Of a stretch of DNA of 64,000 nucleotides, positions 17,304 to 26,784 are shown one piece after another. Numbering within the stretch: position 1 is the stretch's first letter; each line of letters starts with the position of its first letter. The translations under genes and the position numbers were made by a program. Under the pieces are notes generated by a model. That model searched no databases, was not told the origin of the DNA, and saw only the letters and a list, made by a program, of their open reading frames with translations. Source of the DNA: Candidatus Tenderia sp. (lineage in GTDB: Bacteria; Pseudomonadota; Gammaproteobacteria; Tenderiales; Tenderiaceae); assembly GCA_031416075.1 (NCBI GenBank), contig JANOSY010000087.1, positions 1 through 64,000 of the forward strand, read 5' to 3'.

Positions 17304-18761
17304 CTATGGGGCACCGACGAGGTCGCTTAAGTGGTTCTCCGTACTGTCACTCCAGGGGGTATAGGTGGCTGGCTGGGTATCACTGGGTACTGTTTTAGCT
17401 GTTGTCATGTTGGGTGTAAGTGGGGTCGGTTGTCTGTGTGTTGGGTTGCTGATGGTTGCTGTGAGTGTCAGTATGATGGCGGTGGCGGCGATAGCTACGG
17501 CGATTGCGCTGCGTATCCATAGGGCTTTGTGGCTCGGTGTGGTTTGTTGAGTTAATAGCTGTTCCAGTTCCACTATCTCCTGGAGTATCGGCACAGGTTG
17601 GGCGGTGTGAATGGGGATGATGGTGGCCGTTAGTTGGGGTGAGGCGTGGCTAATTGATTGGGTTTTATCGAGATTTTCAATATCAGGTATTGTGTTGAAG
17701 CGGGTGTTGCTGTCGCTGTTGTGCGTGGTGGCGGCCAGGCCACCGTCGAGCAGAAAGGCATCAAAGCCGTGGCGGTTGAGTAGAAAGGCGGCGATGGCGC
17801 TGCGGCTGCCATCATTGCAGTAGACGATATATTTCTGTTGTTGGTTGAGTTGTTTGAGTCTGAGGCGCAACAGGGGTAGCGGTATGTTGATGCTGTCGGG
17901 CAGGTGTTGTTCGTTGAACTCTTCCGGTAGACGGACATCCAGCAGGGTGCCACCCAGGGCGAGCAGGTTGTGGCTATCGCCCCAGCTGACGCTGTTGAGC
18001 AGTGGTTCGGCCAATAGTTTTGAGAAATCGGCCTTGGCGAGGCGCATCAGTTCGCCATCTTCCAGCATGATGATGTTGGCGCTGCGGCTGGTATTGGCCA
18101 GCAGTGCCTCTTCGCCAAAGGCATCGCCCTGGCGCAGCTCGGCCAGTTTGATCCCTTTGGCCCCCGGTTGCGGCTGGCGTGTGACGTTGCAACGGCCACT
18201 TTTGATGATGTAGTAGTACTCATCACGGTCGTCCTGACGGATAACGACGTCGCCGGCCTGGTGGTGGACTTTGCTCATGCGGTTGAGCAGGGTCTGAATG
18301 TGCTCTTCAGAAAAACGGAGCAGGCCGCGTGACTGCAGTAGCCGTTCAAGCCATTCGCCGTGGTGGTGGGTCTGCATCTCGTTGACCAGATAGGCGTTTG
18401 GGTTGGTCCAGCTCAAAAACAGCTCCAGCATATCGGCATCAAAGCTGACGATGAGTGAGTCCTGGCAGGCGGTGGCGGCGATCTGGCCGGCAATGCCCCG
18501 CCCGAGTGGCTTTTTGGCGGCGGCGGTGCCACTTTTGATCAGGCGGCGGCCCTTGTCACGGGTGTGCAGCTCCACTTCACCTTGGATTAAATAGAAGATC
18601 TGCTTGGGGAGGTCGTGGCTGCGAAATACCGCGCTGCCGGCGCTGACGTGGGCGACGATGGCGGTGCGGAGCAGCTCTTCGGTATCGTCCGGCGTGAGTT
18701 TTTGCAGCGGAAAGAAGTTGCACGCCTGCTGGCTGCTTATCTTCTGGACTGATTGCTGCAT
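17304..18761 (-). CDS. Tandem cyclic-nucleotide-binding domains plus rhodanese domain, C-terminal TM segment
   Basis: YYIIKSG..GDAFGEEALL..RSANI cNMP motif, a degenerate first repeat, LDVRLPEEF..HLPDSINIP..VYCNDGSRS rhodanese. Confidence 0.85.
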   Translation of the reverse strand: MQQSVQKISSQQACNFFPLQKLTPDDTEELLRTAIVAHVSAGSAVFRSHDLPKQIFYLIQGEVELHTRDKGRRLIKSGTAAAKKPLGRGIAGQIAATACQDSLIVSFDADMLELFLSWTNPNAYLVNEMQTHHHGEWLERLLQSRGLLRFSEEHIQTLLNRMSKVHHQAGDVVIRQDDRDEYYYIIKSGRCNVTRQPQPGAKGIKLAELRQGDAFGEEALLANTSRSANIIMLEDGELMRLAKADFSKLLAEPLLNSVSWGDSHNLLALGGTLLDVRLPEEFNEQHLPDSINIPLPLLRLRLKQLNQQQKYIVYCNDGSRSAIAAFLLNRHGFDAFLLDGGLAATTHNSDSNTRFNTIPDIENLDKTQSISHASPQLTATIIPIHTAQPVPILQEIVELEQLLTQQTTPSHKALWIRSAIAVAIAATAIILTLTATISNPTHRQPTPLTPNMTTAKTVPSDTQPATYTPWSDSTENHLSDLVGAP

Positions 18762-18859
18762 TTATTGAACTCCAGGATGGTGTAAGTCAATTGCCGGTGG
18801 TGCCATATCCCCGTCTGTTTAGGTTTACGGATAGTAGGGCTAATAGGGTTAGCCAGAAG

Positions 18860-18875
18860 TGTGAACTTCGTCACA
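18860..18875. promoter_or_regulatory. CRP/Vfr-type binding site
   Basis: TGTGA-ACTTCG-TCACA, exact core consensus. Minus-strand TACTAT -10 at 18836-18831 gives approximately class II spacing. Confidence 0.8.
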
Positions 18876-19049
18876 TTGCAGGTGTGATAGCGGTTGGGGA
18901 ATAGGAAAAAACAGCTGTTGATGGTGAAAAAGCCGCGTTTCTGGCGCTTGGTGCCGGGATTAACTAAGCTTGATGCAGTCAGCGGTGGCTGTTTGTGAGG
19001 GTGGTGACAGCCGGTTTTTTGGATGGGTAACCATACGGAGATGAGTGTT

Positions 19050-19343
19050 ATGCAAGAGATAGAGGCTAAAATTGGGAACTGGTACCAGACACCGGATGGT
19101 CAGGTTTTTGAGGTAGTGGCGATTGATGGTGACGATGGCATAAGTGTGCAGTATGTTGAAGGTGAGGTGGCGGAGTTGGATCAGGAGGTGTGGGACCAGC
19201 TGTTGCTGGTTGAGATAAACGCCCCCAAGGATTGGACGAGTGCCTACGATGAGATGGAGCGTGATGACCTTGGGTATAGTGATGGAATCATACACCCTGA
19301 AAACTGGTCTGACCGGCTGGCCAGTTTTGATATAGAGGATTGA
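19050..19343 (+). CDS. Small acidic protein (DUF6763-like)
   Basis: IGNWY..GQVFEVVAID..ISVQYVEGEVAELD..W..PKDW pattern. Confidence 0.7.
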   Translation: MQEIEAKIGNWYQTPDGQVFEVVAIDGDDGISVQYVEGEVAELDQEVWDQLLLVEINAPKDWTSAYDEMERDDLGYSDGIIHPENWSDRLASFDIED

Positions 19344-19456
19344 GGCAGTTTAGGACGGAGGGTGATGTAAATTAACCGCCCAGTGGCGGTGCCTTGTTAA
19401 GAAAATTGGCTAACTTCACGATAAGGTAATAATGAGAGGCGTGACCGGTATCAGGG

Positions 19457-19984
19457 GTGAAGATGGTAACAGCTAGGACAGGCTCGCTGTTTGATAACCT
19501 CGAACAGCTTGGTAGTGGCAACAGCTATGTGGTTGAAATTACCGATATGCTGGAGCGTTCTGACATGTTTCGTGATTTCAATCGCCAGGATGTTGAGAGT
19601 TTTGCCTACTATTTCCAAGCGTATGCCGCGCCTAAAGGGGTGATGGTGCTGGAGGAGGGGCGGCGCGACAGTTATATGTTTGTGATTGCCTCTGGCAAGC
19701 TCGATATCTTCAAAAACAGCAATGATAGTGATGAAAAAAAGATTGCCACCGTACGTGCTGGCAAGACCATTGGTGAGATGTCGATTCTTGACGGCATGAA
19801 CCATTCTGCCACGGCGGTAGTGGTGGAGCCTGCCGTACTGTTACTGCTGACTAAAAGTAAGTTTGAACAGTTTATGCAGTCAGAGCCTGAGGTGGCGCTC
19901 AAGGTGCTGCGTAAGATGGCGCAATTGATGAGTCTGCGTTTGCGCCAGACCAGTGGCATGTTGATTGATCACCTGCCAAAATAA
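19457..19984 (+). CDS. Stand-alone cyclic nucleotide-binding domain protein
   Basis: MFVIASGKLDI, GKTIGEMSILDG..HSATA; no HTH. Confidence 0.88.
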   Translation: MKMVTARTGSLFDNLEQLGSGNSYVVEITDMLERSDMFRDFNRQDVESFAYYFQAYAAPKGVMVLEEGRRDSYMFVIASGKLDIFKNSNDSDEKKIATVRAGKTIGEMSILDGMNHSATAVVVEPAVLLLLTKSKFEQFMQSEPEVALKVLRKMAQLMSLRLRQTSGMLIDHLPK

Positions 19985-19998
19985 CGCCCTCAGCACAC

Positions 19999-20229
19999 AT
20001 GTCCTCTCCGTATCGGCTCCATTTAAGGTTGGGGATTCCGCCCCATCTGATTCAACACTATTATAGTGGGGGTGCCCGCGAGATCGTCGCTACCGCCCTT
20101 GATGGCCGTGTGGTGCGCTTTCCGGCTAACATTTTACGTCCCTTTATCACCCATGAAGGGGTGTATGGTGAGTTTGCACTGGAGTTTGATGTTAATCATA
20201 AATTCATTGCGATTCATCGTCTTACCTAA
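19999..20229 (+). CDS. Small conserved protein (DUF2835-like)
   Basis: YYSGGAREI..DGRVVRFPANILRPFITHEGVYGEF. Confidence 0.75.
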   Translation: MSSPYRLHLRLGIPPHLIQHYYSGGAREIVATALDGRVVRFPANILRPFITHEGVYGEFALEFDVNHKFIAIHRLT

Positions 20230-20253
20230 TACAAATAACCTGGATGTTGATAA

Positions 20254-21093
20254 ATGAGTGATATCACCCGTCTGTTGCAGATTATGGCGCGTCTGCGTGA
20301 CCCGGTGCAGGGGTGTCCCTGGGACCAAGAGCAGACCTTTGAAACCATTCTGCCGTTCACCCTGGAAGAGGTGTACGAGGTGGCGGATGCCATCGAGCGG
20401 GGTGATATGGCTGACTTGCAAGGGGAGCTGGGGGATCTGCTCTTTCAAATTGTCTTTTATGCCCAGTTGGCGCAGGAGCAGGGGCTGTTTGAGTTTTCCG
20501 ACATTGTTGCGGGGATCGCGGACAAACTTGAGCAGCGCCACCCCCATGTGTTTGGTCAGGCAGATATCAAGGACGCAGAGGCGCAGAGTCTGGCGTGGGA
20601 AAGGCACAAAGAGCAGGAGCGGGGGCAGAAGGCAGTCAGTGAGGCGCGGCCTGCCAGTGCACTCGACAATATTCCCGTGGCGCTGCCCGGTTTGATGCGT
20701 GCCGCCAAGCTGCAACGGCGGGCGGCACGGGTCGGTTTTGACTGGCCGGAGATCGTGCAGGTGCTGGATAAGATCGAAGAGGAGGTGAGGGAGTTGCGTG
20801 AGGCGCTGGCCAACGGTGGCAAGCGTGATGAGATGGAGCATGAGATCGGTGATCTGATGTTTGCCTGTGTCAATCTTGCCCGCCATGCCAATATCGATCC
20901 CGAAGTGGCGCTACGGAGTATCAACCGCCGCTTTGAGCGTCGCTTTCGTCGGGTGGAAGGGCTGGCGATGGCGCAGGGCCAAACACTGCCAGAGATGGGC
21001 CTGATCGAAATGGACAGATTGTGGGAACAGGCGAAGGCGGAGGAGGTCCTACGCAAGCAGCAGGGTAAATCAGAGACGGTAAAGGGAGCGTGA
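20254..21093 (+). CDS. mazG: Nucleoside triphosphate pyrophosphohydrolase MazG
   Basis: GCPWDQEQT, EEVYEVADAI, ELGDLLFQ, RHPHVF, second repeat EIGDLMF. Confidence 0.97.
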   Translation: MSDITRLLQIMARLRDPVQGCPWDQEQTFETILPFTLEEVYEVADAIERGDMADLQGELGDLLFQIVFYAQLAQEQGLFEFSDIVAGIADKLEQRHPHVFGQADIKDAEAQSLAWERHKEQERGQKAVSEARPASALDNIPVALPGLMRAAKLQRRAARVGFDWPEIVQVLDKIEEEVRELREALANGGKRDEMEHEIGDLMFACVNLARHANIDPEVALRSINRRFERRFRRVEGLAMAQGQTLPEMGLIEMDRLWEQAKAEEVLRKQQGKSETVKGA

Positions 21094-22397
21094 TGTTTAA
21101 CAAAGTATGGATGGTGTTGGTGCTGGTTGTGGTGAGTTCGACGGGTTGGGCGGGGGGCAATAGCTTTACGTTGGTCTACTCAGGCAATCTTGACGGTGAG
21201 TTGGAGCCGTGTGGATGTAGCGCTGAAGGGGATCTTGGTGGGATTCTGCGTCACGCCACCGTACTGAAACAGTTGCGTGAGGAAAGGCCCAATCTTGTTG
21301 CCATTTCGACCGGTGGCATGCTTGCCAGTATGGCTGCTCAGGATCGGCTGACCGGTGAATATATTCTTAAAGGGTTTGCCCAGCTCAATTACGACGCAGT
21401 GGGGGTGCAGTGGAGTGATCTTGCCTATGGTGATGCTTTTATCCGCAATGCCAAACTCCCCTGGACCGCTACCAATCTATTGAACAGCGGTTTTGTTGCA
21501 ACACAGGAGATTAAACGTAATGAACACTCGCTGGCCTTTTTCTCCTGGCTGGATCCGGCACAGGATCCGCAGAGCGCCATGCGTGGTCAACATAAAACGG
21601 TTAGCCCTGACATTAAAAAGTTGCGGCAATCACTACAGCAGGCGCGTAAACGTGGACGCCTGACCGTGCTGGCCACCACCATGACGCTTGATCTGGCCAA
21701 GGCAGTTTTACCCCTGGAGCTTGTCGACCTGCTGTTTATTCGTGCCGCCTATGAAGTGTTTGGTGAGCCACAGAAGGTAGGGACAACACTGATTTTACAG
21801 CCGGGCTCGCGGGGGATGCGGTTAGGGCGGGTCGATATTACGCTTAACAGCAAGGGGCGTATTGGTGAGTGGAGCAATACAATAATCGCTATGCCTTCGA
21901 GTATTGCGGATGCGGAGTGGCTGCGGAGCTGGTATGACGAATACAATGCCACCGTTAAAGCGAGCTATATGGCCAGGGTGGCTGAGCGAAAAGCGCGAGA
22001 GACGGGCCAGAGTCCTTACGCCAGCGAAGCGGTGTGTAAGAATTGTCATACTGCTGAACATGATAAATGGAGTGAGTCGTTGCATAGCCGGGCGTTCAGC
22101 AAGCTGGAGAAGGTTGGCAAGTCGTTTGATCCTGCCTGTATTCAATGCCACAGTGTCGGGTATGAAAAAGCAGGTGGGTTTATTGACATCGATGCCACGC
22201 CCCAGTTGATGAACGTGCAGTGTGAAAATTGCCACGGGGCCGCACGTGAACATGCTGATGCTGCAGGAACTAAACCCACGACCAATAAAGGGTGGCAACC
22301 ACAACAGATGTGTGCCCAGTGCCACATCCAATCACACAGCCCATCCTTTAAGTTTGATAATTACTGGCCAAAAATCCGCCATGGCAGGGGTCAGTAA
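21090..22397 (+). CDS. Exported UshA/5'-nucleotidase-like domain fused to tetraheme c-type cytochrome (c554-like)
   Basis: Signal peptide, GELEPCGC..LGG motif, four CxxCH motifs (CKNCH, CIQCH, CENCH, CAQCH). Confidence 0.8.
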   Translation: MMFNKVWMVLVLVVVSSTGWAGGNSFTLVYSGNLDGELEPCGCSAEGDLGGILRHATVLKQLREERPNLVAISTGGMLASMAAQDRLTGEYILKGFAQLNYDAVGVQWSDLAYGDAFIRNAKLPWTATNLLNSGFVATQEIKRNEHSLAFFSWLDPAQDPQSAMRGQHKTVSPDIKKLRQSLQQARKRGRLTVLATTMTLDLAKAVLPLELVDLLFIRAAYEVFGEPQKVGTTLILQPGSRGMRLGRVDITLNSKGRIGEWSNTIIAMPSSIADAEWLRSWYDEYNATVKASYMARVAERKARETGQSPYASEAVCKNCHTAEHDKWSESLHSRAFSKLEKVGKSFDPACIQCHSVGYEKAGGFIDIDATPQLMNVQCENCHGAAREHADAAGTKPTTNKGWQPQQMCAQCHIQSHSPSFKFDNYWPKIRHGRGQ

Positions 22398-22479
22398 CGA
22401 ATGGTTTAGATCAAAACTGCTCTTGTTTGCTGAGATAGTGAGGCGTCTGCCACACTATCTCAGTAGTCGTAAATCAACG

Positions 22480-22512
22480 TTTAATCCCCTATTAAGATTG
22501 CCTGATTAACCT
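22480..22512 (+). promoter_or_regulatory. Possible QseB/PmrA-type direct-repeat box with downstream -10
   Basis: TTTAAT-CCCCT-ATTAAG (11-bp period) then TAACCT, upstream of the QseB/PmrA-like regulator. Confidence 0.45.
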
Positions 22513-22661
22513 AATGGCCTATGAACAGATGTGCCGTCAGGTGTTGCCAGGTTTCTGCAATACATTCTTTAGAGTTGTTTGCGCGGGTTGAAGGCTGCGG
22601 GCGTAGAATGGCGTTCTATATCGGACAGATGTAAAACAGTGGTGGGATGGGATAGGGCATT

Positions 22662-23327
22662 ATGAGATTACTATTGGTTGAGGATGATCAGCTACTGGGT
22701 GACGGTATTTGTGCGGGGTTGAAGCAGGATGGTTATACCGTTGACTGGGTCCAGGATGGTGAATCGGCTGACCATGCCTTGAAGAGTGAACACTTTGATG
22801 CGGTGGTGCTCGATATTAATCTGCCACGACTGTCCGGCATCGATGTTTTAAAACAGCTGCGTAACCGAAGGGGCATGGTCCCCGTACTGTTATTAACAGC
22901 CCGCGATACGGTTGCAGATAAAATTGAAGGGCTTGATAGCGGTGCAGATGACTATCTTATTAAACCATTTGATCTTGATGAGCTGAACGCCCGACTGCGG
23001 GCGCTATTGCGACGCAGTAGTGGCCGCGCCACACCACTCTTGACCAATGGCAACATTGTACTTGATCCAGCCGCCCGGCGTGTCACATTGAATGAGCAAT
23101 CTATTGAATTGTCGCAGCGGGAGTTTGTTTTGTTGCAGGTGTTAATGGACAACCAGGATCGTGTATTGTCACGTTCGCGCCTGGAGGAGACTCTCTATGG
23201 CTGGGGCGAGGGGGTCGAAAGCAACACCCTGGAAGTTCATATTCACCACCTGCGTAAAAAACTTGGCAATGGCTTGATACGGACAGTGCGTGGTGTTGGA
23301 TATGTGCTTGAGAAAGCACGTACATGA
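22662..23327 (+). CDS. OmpR-family response regulator (QseB/PmrA-like)
   Basis: MRLLLVEDD, LDINLP, LTARD, GADDYLIKPF, SNTLEVHIHHLRKKL, RTVRGVGY. Confidence 0.93.
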   Translation: MRLLLVEDDQLLGDGICAGLKQDGYTVDWVQDGESADHALKSEHFDAVVLDINLPRLSGIDVLKQLRNRRGMVPVLLLTARDTVADKIEGLDSGADDYLIKPFDLDELNARLRALLRRSSGRATPLLTNGNIVLDPAARRVTLNEQSIELSQREFVLLQVLMDNQDRVLSRSRLEETLYGWGEGVESNTLEVHIHHLRKKLGNGLIRTVRGVGYVLEKART

Positions 23328-24673
23328 AATCGATTCGTATCCGCTTGCTGCTATTTGTACTGCTGGCGTTTGTGGTGGTGTGGGTGACGGTTGCGATGAT
23401 TGCCTACCAGCGGGCGGTACACGAAGTGGCAGAGCTGCTGGACGCCGAGATGGCGCAGTCGGCACAAGTACTGTTGACTGTCACACTGCATGAAATTGAG
23501 GAGGGTGATGGTAAAAAAATCAGACTTGAGCATCAGAACATGGGGCATCACTATGTGAGTAAAATTGCCTTTCAGGTCTGGGAGAGAGATATTTTACTGT
23601 TTCAATCTGATACTTCACCACTGACACAGATGGCTACCGTGGCTGGCTATAGTAACCGTTGGGTAGAGGGGCAGCGCTGGCGGGTATTTAAACTGGAAGG
23701 CACAGGCAATCTTTATAGTGTACAGGTGGGGCAGCTGCATGAGGTTCGTGATGAGCTGATGAATGAGATTATTTTAATCATGAGCCTGCCCGTATTTATC
23801 GCCCTGCCACTGTTGGCTCTGCTTTTCTGGTGGGGAATTAGCCGTGGTTTACGACCACTGCAGCGTGTTGCTGATGAGGTTGGGCAGCGCTCCGCCCATG
23901 AGATGAGTCCGTTACCGGATGATGGCATCCCCATTGAAGTCCTGCCACTCACCCGTGCCCTGAATATATTGCTGCAGCAGTTACGCAATACATTTGATCG
24001 GGAGCGACGCTTCACTGCTGATGCTGCCCATGAATTACGTACGCCGCTGGCGAGTATTAAAACACAGGCGCAGGTAGCCCAGCGCGCTACCGTTGATGGT
24101 GAGAGACAGCAGGCACTTAAGCAGATTGGTGTGGGCGTTGATCGCGCCACCCATCTTGTTGAGCAGCTCTTAACATTGGCCAGGCTTGACCCGGCCGCTG
24201 CCGCCAATGAGTTTGTGCCGGTAAATTTGTCGGTGCTGTTGGCTAATGTCATTGCCGATGTTGCACCGTTGGCACATGCAAAAAATATTGATATCGGTAT
24301 GGTGGAGGGGCAGGGATGTATGCTCTCTGGCAATGGCAGTGCATTGGCAGTTTTAATACGTAACTTACTTGATAACGCAATCCGTTATACGCCTGTTGAT
24401 GGCACGATTGACGCGATGGTTGTGAATGGTGATGATCGACTTGTCCTTACTGTGAGTGACAACGGTCCAGGCATAGTGGAAGAGCAGCGAGAGCGGGTGC
24501 TGGAGCGTTTTTATCGTGTGGGCACAGAAGGGGCAGCACCTGGTTGTGGGCTTGGGTTATCTATTGTTAAACGCATTGCTGAACTGCATAACGCAACAAT
24601 TCTGTTGGATAAGCCTGACAGTGGGTCCGGTTTGCGGGTGACTATCACTTTTTTTAAGCACGGAGCACCTTGA
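23324..24673 (+). CDS. Sensor histidine kinase (QseC/PmrB-like)
   Basis: Two TM helices, HAMP, ERRFTADAAHELRTPL, NLLDNAIRY, GCGLGLSIV; ATGA overlap with regulator. Confidence 0.93.
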   Translation: MKSIRIRLLLFVLLAFVVVWVTVAMIAYQRAVHEVAELLDAEMAQSAQVLLTVTLHEIEEGDGKKIRLEHQNMGHHYVSKIAFQVWERDILLFQSDTSPLTQMATVAGYSNRWVEGQRWRVFKLEGTGNLYSVQVGQLHEVRDELMNEIILIMSLPVFIALPLLALLFWWGISRGLRPLQRVADEVGQRSAHEMSPLPDDGIPIEVLPLTRALNILLQQLRNTFDRERRFTADAAHELRTPLASIKTQAQVAQRATVDGERQQALKQIGVGVDRATHLVEQLLTLARLDPAAAANEFVPVNLSVLLANVIADVAPLAHAKNIDIGMVEGQGCMLSGNGSALAVLIRNLLDNAIRYTPVDGTIDAMVVNGDDRLVLTVSDNGPGIVEEQRERVLERFYRVGTEGAAPGCGLGLSIVKRIAELHNATILLDKPDSGSGLRVTITFFKHGAP

Positions 24674-24875
24674 GAAATGTGATTATCTGGTCTGTTGCCC
24701 CGCTGAATAATTTTCTCTTGACACGTAAGTCGATTGCAAGCATTGTAATCGACATGAGTAACTTTAAACACAATCTGCAAATACGAGTGATGCGTCTACG
24801 CCCCTGGCTGAAGAGACCTGTCTGCGTATTTTGGAGTGTGACTTAGCGATTAGCTAATCTTAAATAGAAATCCCC

Positions 24876-24911
24876 AAAAGGCCGCAGATCTCAAAATCTG
24901 CGGCCTTTTTT
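24876..24911 (+). terminator. Strong intrinsic terminator in the leader of the DMT transporter gene
   Basis: AAAAGGCCGCAGAT-CTCAAA-ATCTGCGGCCTTTTTT, about 25 bp before the ATG at 24936. Confidence 0.85.
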
Positions 24912-24935
24912 ATTGTCTGTTAAAAGGAAAACAAC

Positions 24936-25826
24936 ATGTCAGTTCCAGCGGCATATTTGGGCATTATTTTGATTTGGGCCACGACACCATTGGCGATTAA
25001 GTGGAGCAGTTATTCTGTCGGTTTTGTTTTTGGTGTGAGTGCGCGAATGGTGCTGGCTACTGTTATCTGTCTGTTAGCGATTATTGTTTTTCGAATCCCG
25101 TTTCTCTGGAACAGCAAAACACGACCGAGCTATTTTGCAGCGGCATTAAGTATTTATGGGGCTATGATGGCGGTCTATTGGGGGGCGCAATATATCAGTT
25201 CTGGCCTGGTATCGGTGGTCTATGGGTTGTTACCACTGGTGACAACAGTACTGGCAGCAGTGATGTTGCGGGGTAAGCTTGTACAGCCTGACAAATTGAT
25301 CGGTGTGGCGTTGGGTATGGCGGGGCTGGTGGTGATATTTGAGCCACAGGATGGGGTTAATACAGCAACGTTAATGGGTGTGATGGGTGTATTAATCTCT
25401 GTCTTTTTGCAGAGCATGAGCATGCTCTGGTTAAAACGGATGGCTGCGGATGTGGCACCCCTAGCATTAACGGGGGGAGGACTATTGATAGCACTGCCAT
25501 TTTATCTGCTGACCTGGTGGGTAGTGGATGGTGATCTACATCTTGATATGCCACTACGTAATGGTATGGCGATTATGTATCTAAGCATTGTTGCTACGGT
25601 TATTGGTTTTGCGTTTTTCTATTATGTGCTGAAACGGTTGCCAGCAGATGCTATCGCCATCATTACATTAATTACCCCGGTGCTGGCACTGATGCTTGGC
25701 AATCTATTTAACGGTGAACCGATTACTCTTCATGTGATGGCAGGTGCAGGGTTGATTTTGACAGGATTGGCCCTGCATTACTGGGGTGCTCGGTTGTGGG
25801 TTTTATTGAGTAAGGCGGGTAGTTGA
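24936..25826 (+). CDS. DMT/EamA-family transporter
   Basis: 10 hydrophobic helices, IWATTPLAIK, AQYISSGLVSV, ITLITPVLAL..GNLFNGE. Confidence 0.92.
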   Translation: MSVPAAYLGIILIWATTPLAIKWSSYSVGFVFGVSARMVLATVICLLAIIVFRIPFLWNSKTRPSYFAAALSIYGAMMAVYWGAQYISSGLVSVVYGLLPLVTTVLAAVMLRGKLVQPDKLIGVALGMAGLVVIFEPQDGVNTATLMGVMGVLISVFLQSMSMLWLKRMAADVAPLALTGGGLLIALPFYLLTWWVVDGDLHLDMPLRNGMAIMYLSIVATVIGFAFFYYVLKRLPADAIAIITLITPVLALMLGNLFNGEPITLHVMAGAGLILTGLALHYWGARLWVLLSKAGS

Positions 25827-25911
25827 TATTGGCTAATACTCATTATTAGTGTGCGATTTTTTTATAGCTGGGGTGATGAAGTGTTTGATTGCCTGTTGGT
25901 ATGAGTATTTA

Positions 25912-26784
25912 TTACAGCTCCATGTCGATGAGTGTTTTAGCAATGCCATCACTTATTGTATCGATACTCTCGTAATTGATTCTGTCGGGGGTATCTTTGG
26001 CGGAGCGATAAAAAGGGTAACGGTAGCGTGAGGTGTCGGTCACCATAAAGGCTTTGTAGCCGTTGAGCCAGAAGGGAGTCTGGTCGCTGCTGGCAATGCA
26101 GGAAAATAGCTGCGGTGCACTGACCTGCTTACATGGAAAGACGGTGTGTTGACAAAACAGCTTGCTGAAGTGCCGTGCGACCCCGCGCGAACGCAGGTTG
26201 GATAGTGTGGCAACAAAGTCGCCGCGGTGGGGGCAAAACAGGCTGAAGGGCATGGGTGCAAGCTGGCTTGCTGGTTTGTCGCTGTAGTAACCGAGGGAGT
26301 CAAGAATGATGGCAGCACGAATGTTGTCGCCCCGCTGTCGTGCATGGTGTGCATATACCCAGCTACCCATCTCCTCTGTGCCAAAAAAAGGGGGGGCTTG
26401 ATTGCTGAAGGCGACAAAACGGATGCTACATTTGGTTCTGTTCTGGATGATGGCGCGTGATATTTCCAGTAGAGCGGCAACGCCGCTGGCATTGTCATTG
26501 GCACCAGGGCAGTTTTTGGCACTGTCATAGTGGGCACCTATCAGAATGATTTTGCCTGGTTGGCTGGTGCCGATATGTGTGGCTTCCAGATTGCGGCACT
26601 CAACGCCTTGTGCCTGAAAATATTGGGGTCTTACCTCAAAACCCATGGCTTGCCACTGGTCGACGATATAGTCGGCTGCCCGTAATAATGCTTGTGGGTG
26701 CTGGGTATTGCGCTCACCAATATTGCCTGCCAGCATCGCCACATGTTTTTTAATGTATCCCTTTTTTATCTTCTGTTCCCTCAT
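25912..26784 (-). CDS. M28-family peptidase homologue with degenerate active site
   Basis: IGAHYDS..PGANDNASGVAALLE present, but NEEPP reads NQAPP and the terminal YH reads YR. Confidence 0.85.
   Translation of the reverse strand: MREQKIKKGYIKKHVAMLAGNIGERNTQHPQALLRAADYIVDQWQAMGFEVRPQYFQAQGVECRNLEATHIGTSQPGKIILIGAHYDSAKNCPGANDNASGVAALLEISRAIIQNRTKCSIRFVAFSNQAPPFFGTEEMGSWVYAHHARQRGDNIRAAIILDSLGYYSDKPASQLAPMPFSLFCPHRGDFVATLSNLRSRGVARHFSKLFCQHTVFPCKQVSAPQLFSCIASSDQTPFWLNGYKAFMVTDTSRYRYPFYRSAKDTPDRINYESIDTISDGIAKTLIDMEL

Noticed and set aside
21209-21218. Selenocysteine recoding in the UshA-like CxC motif
   Set aside because: Both codons are TGT; there is no in-frame TGA.
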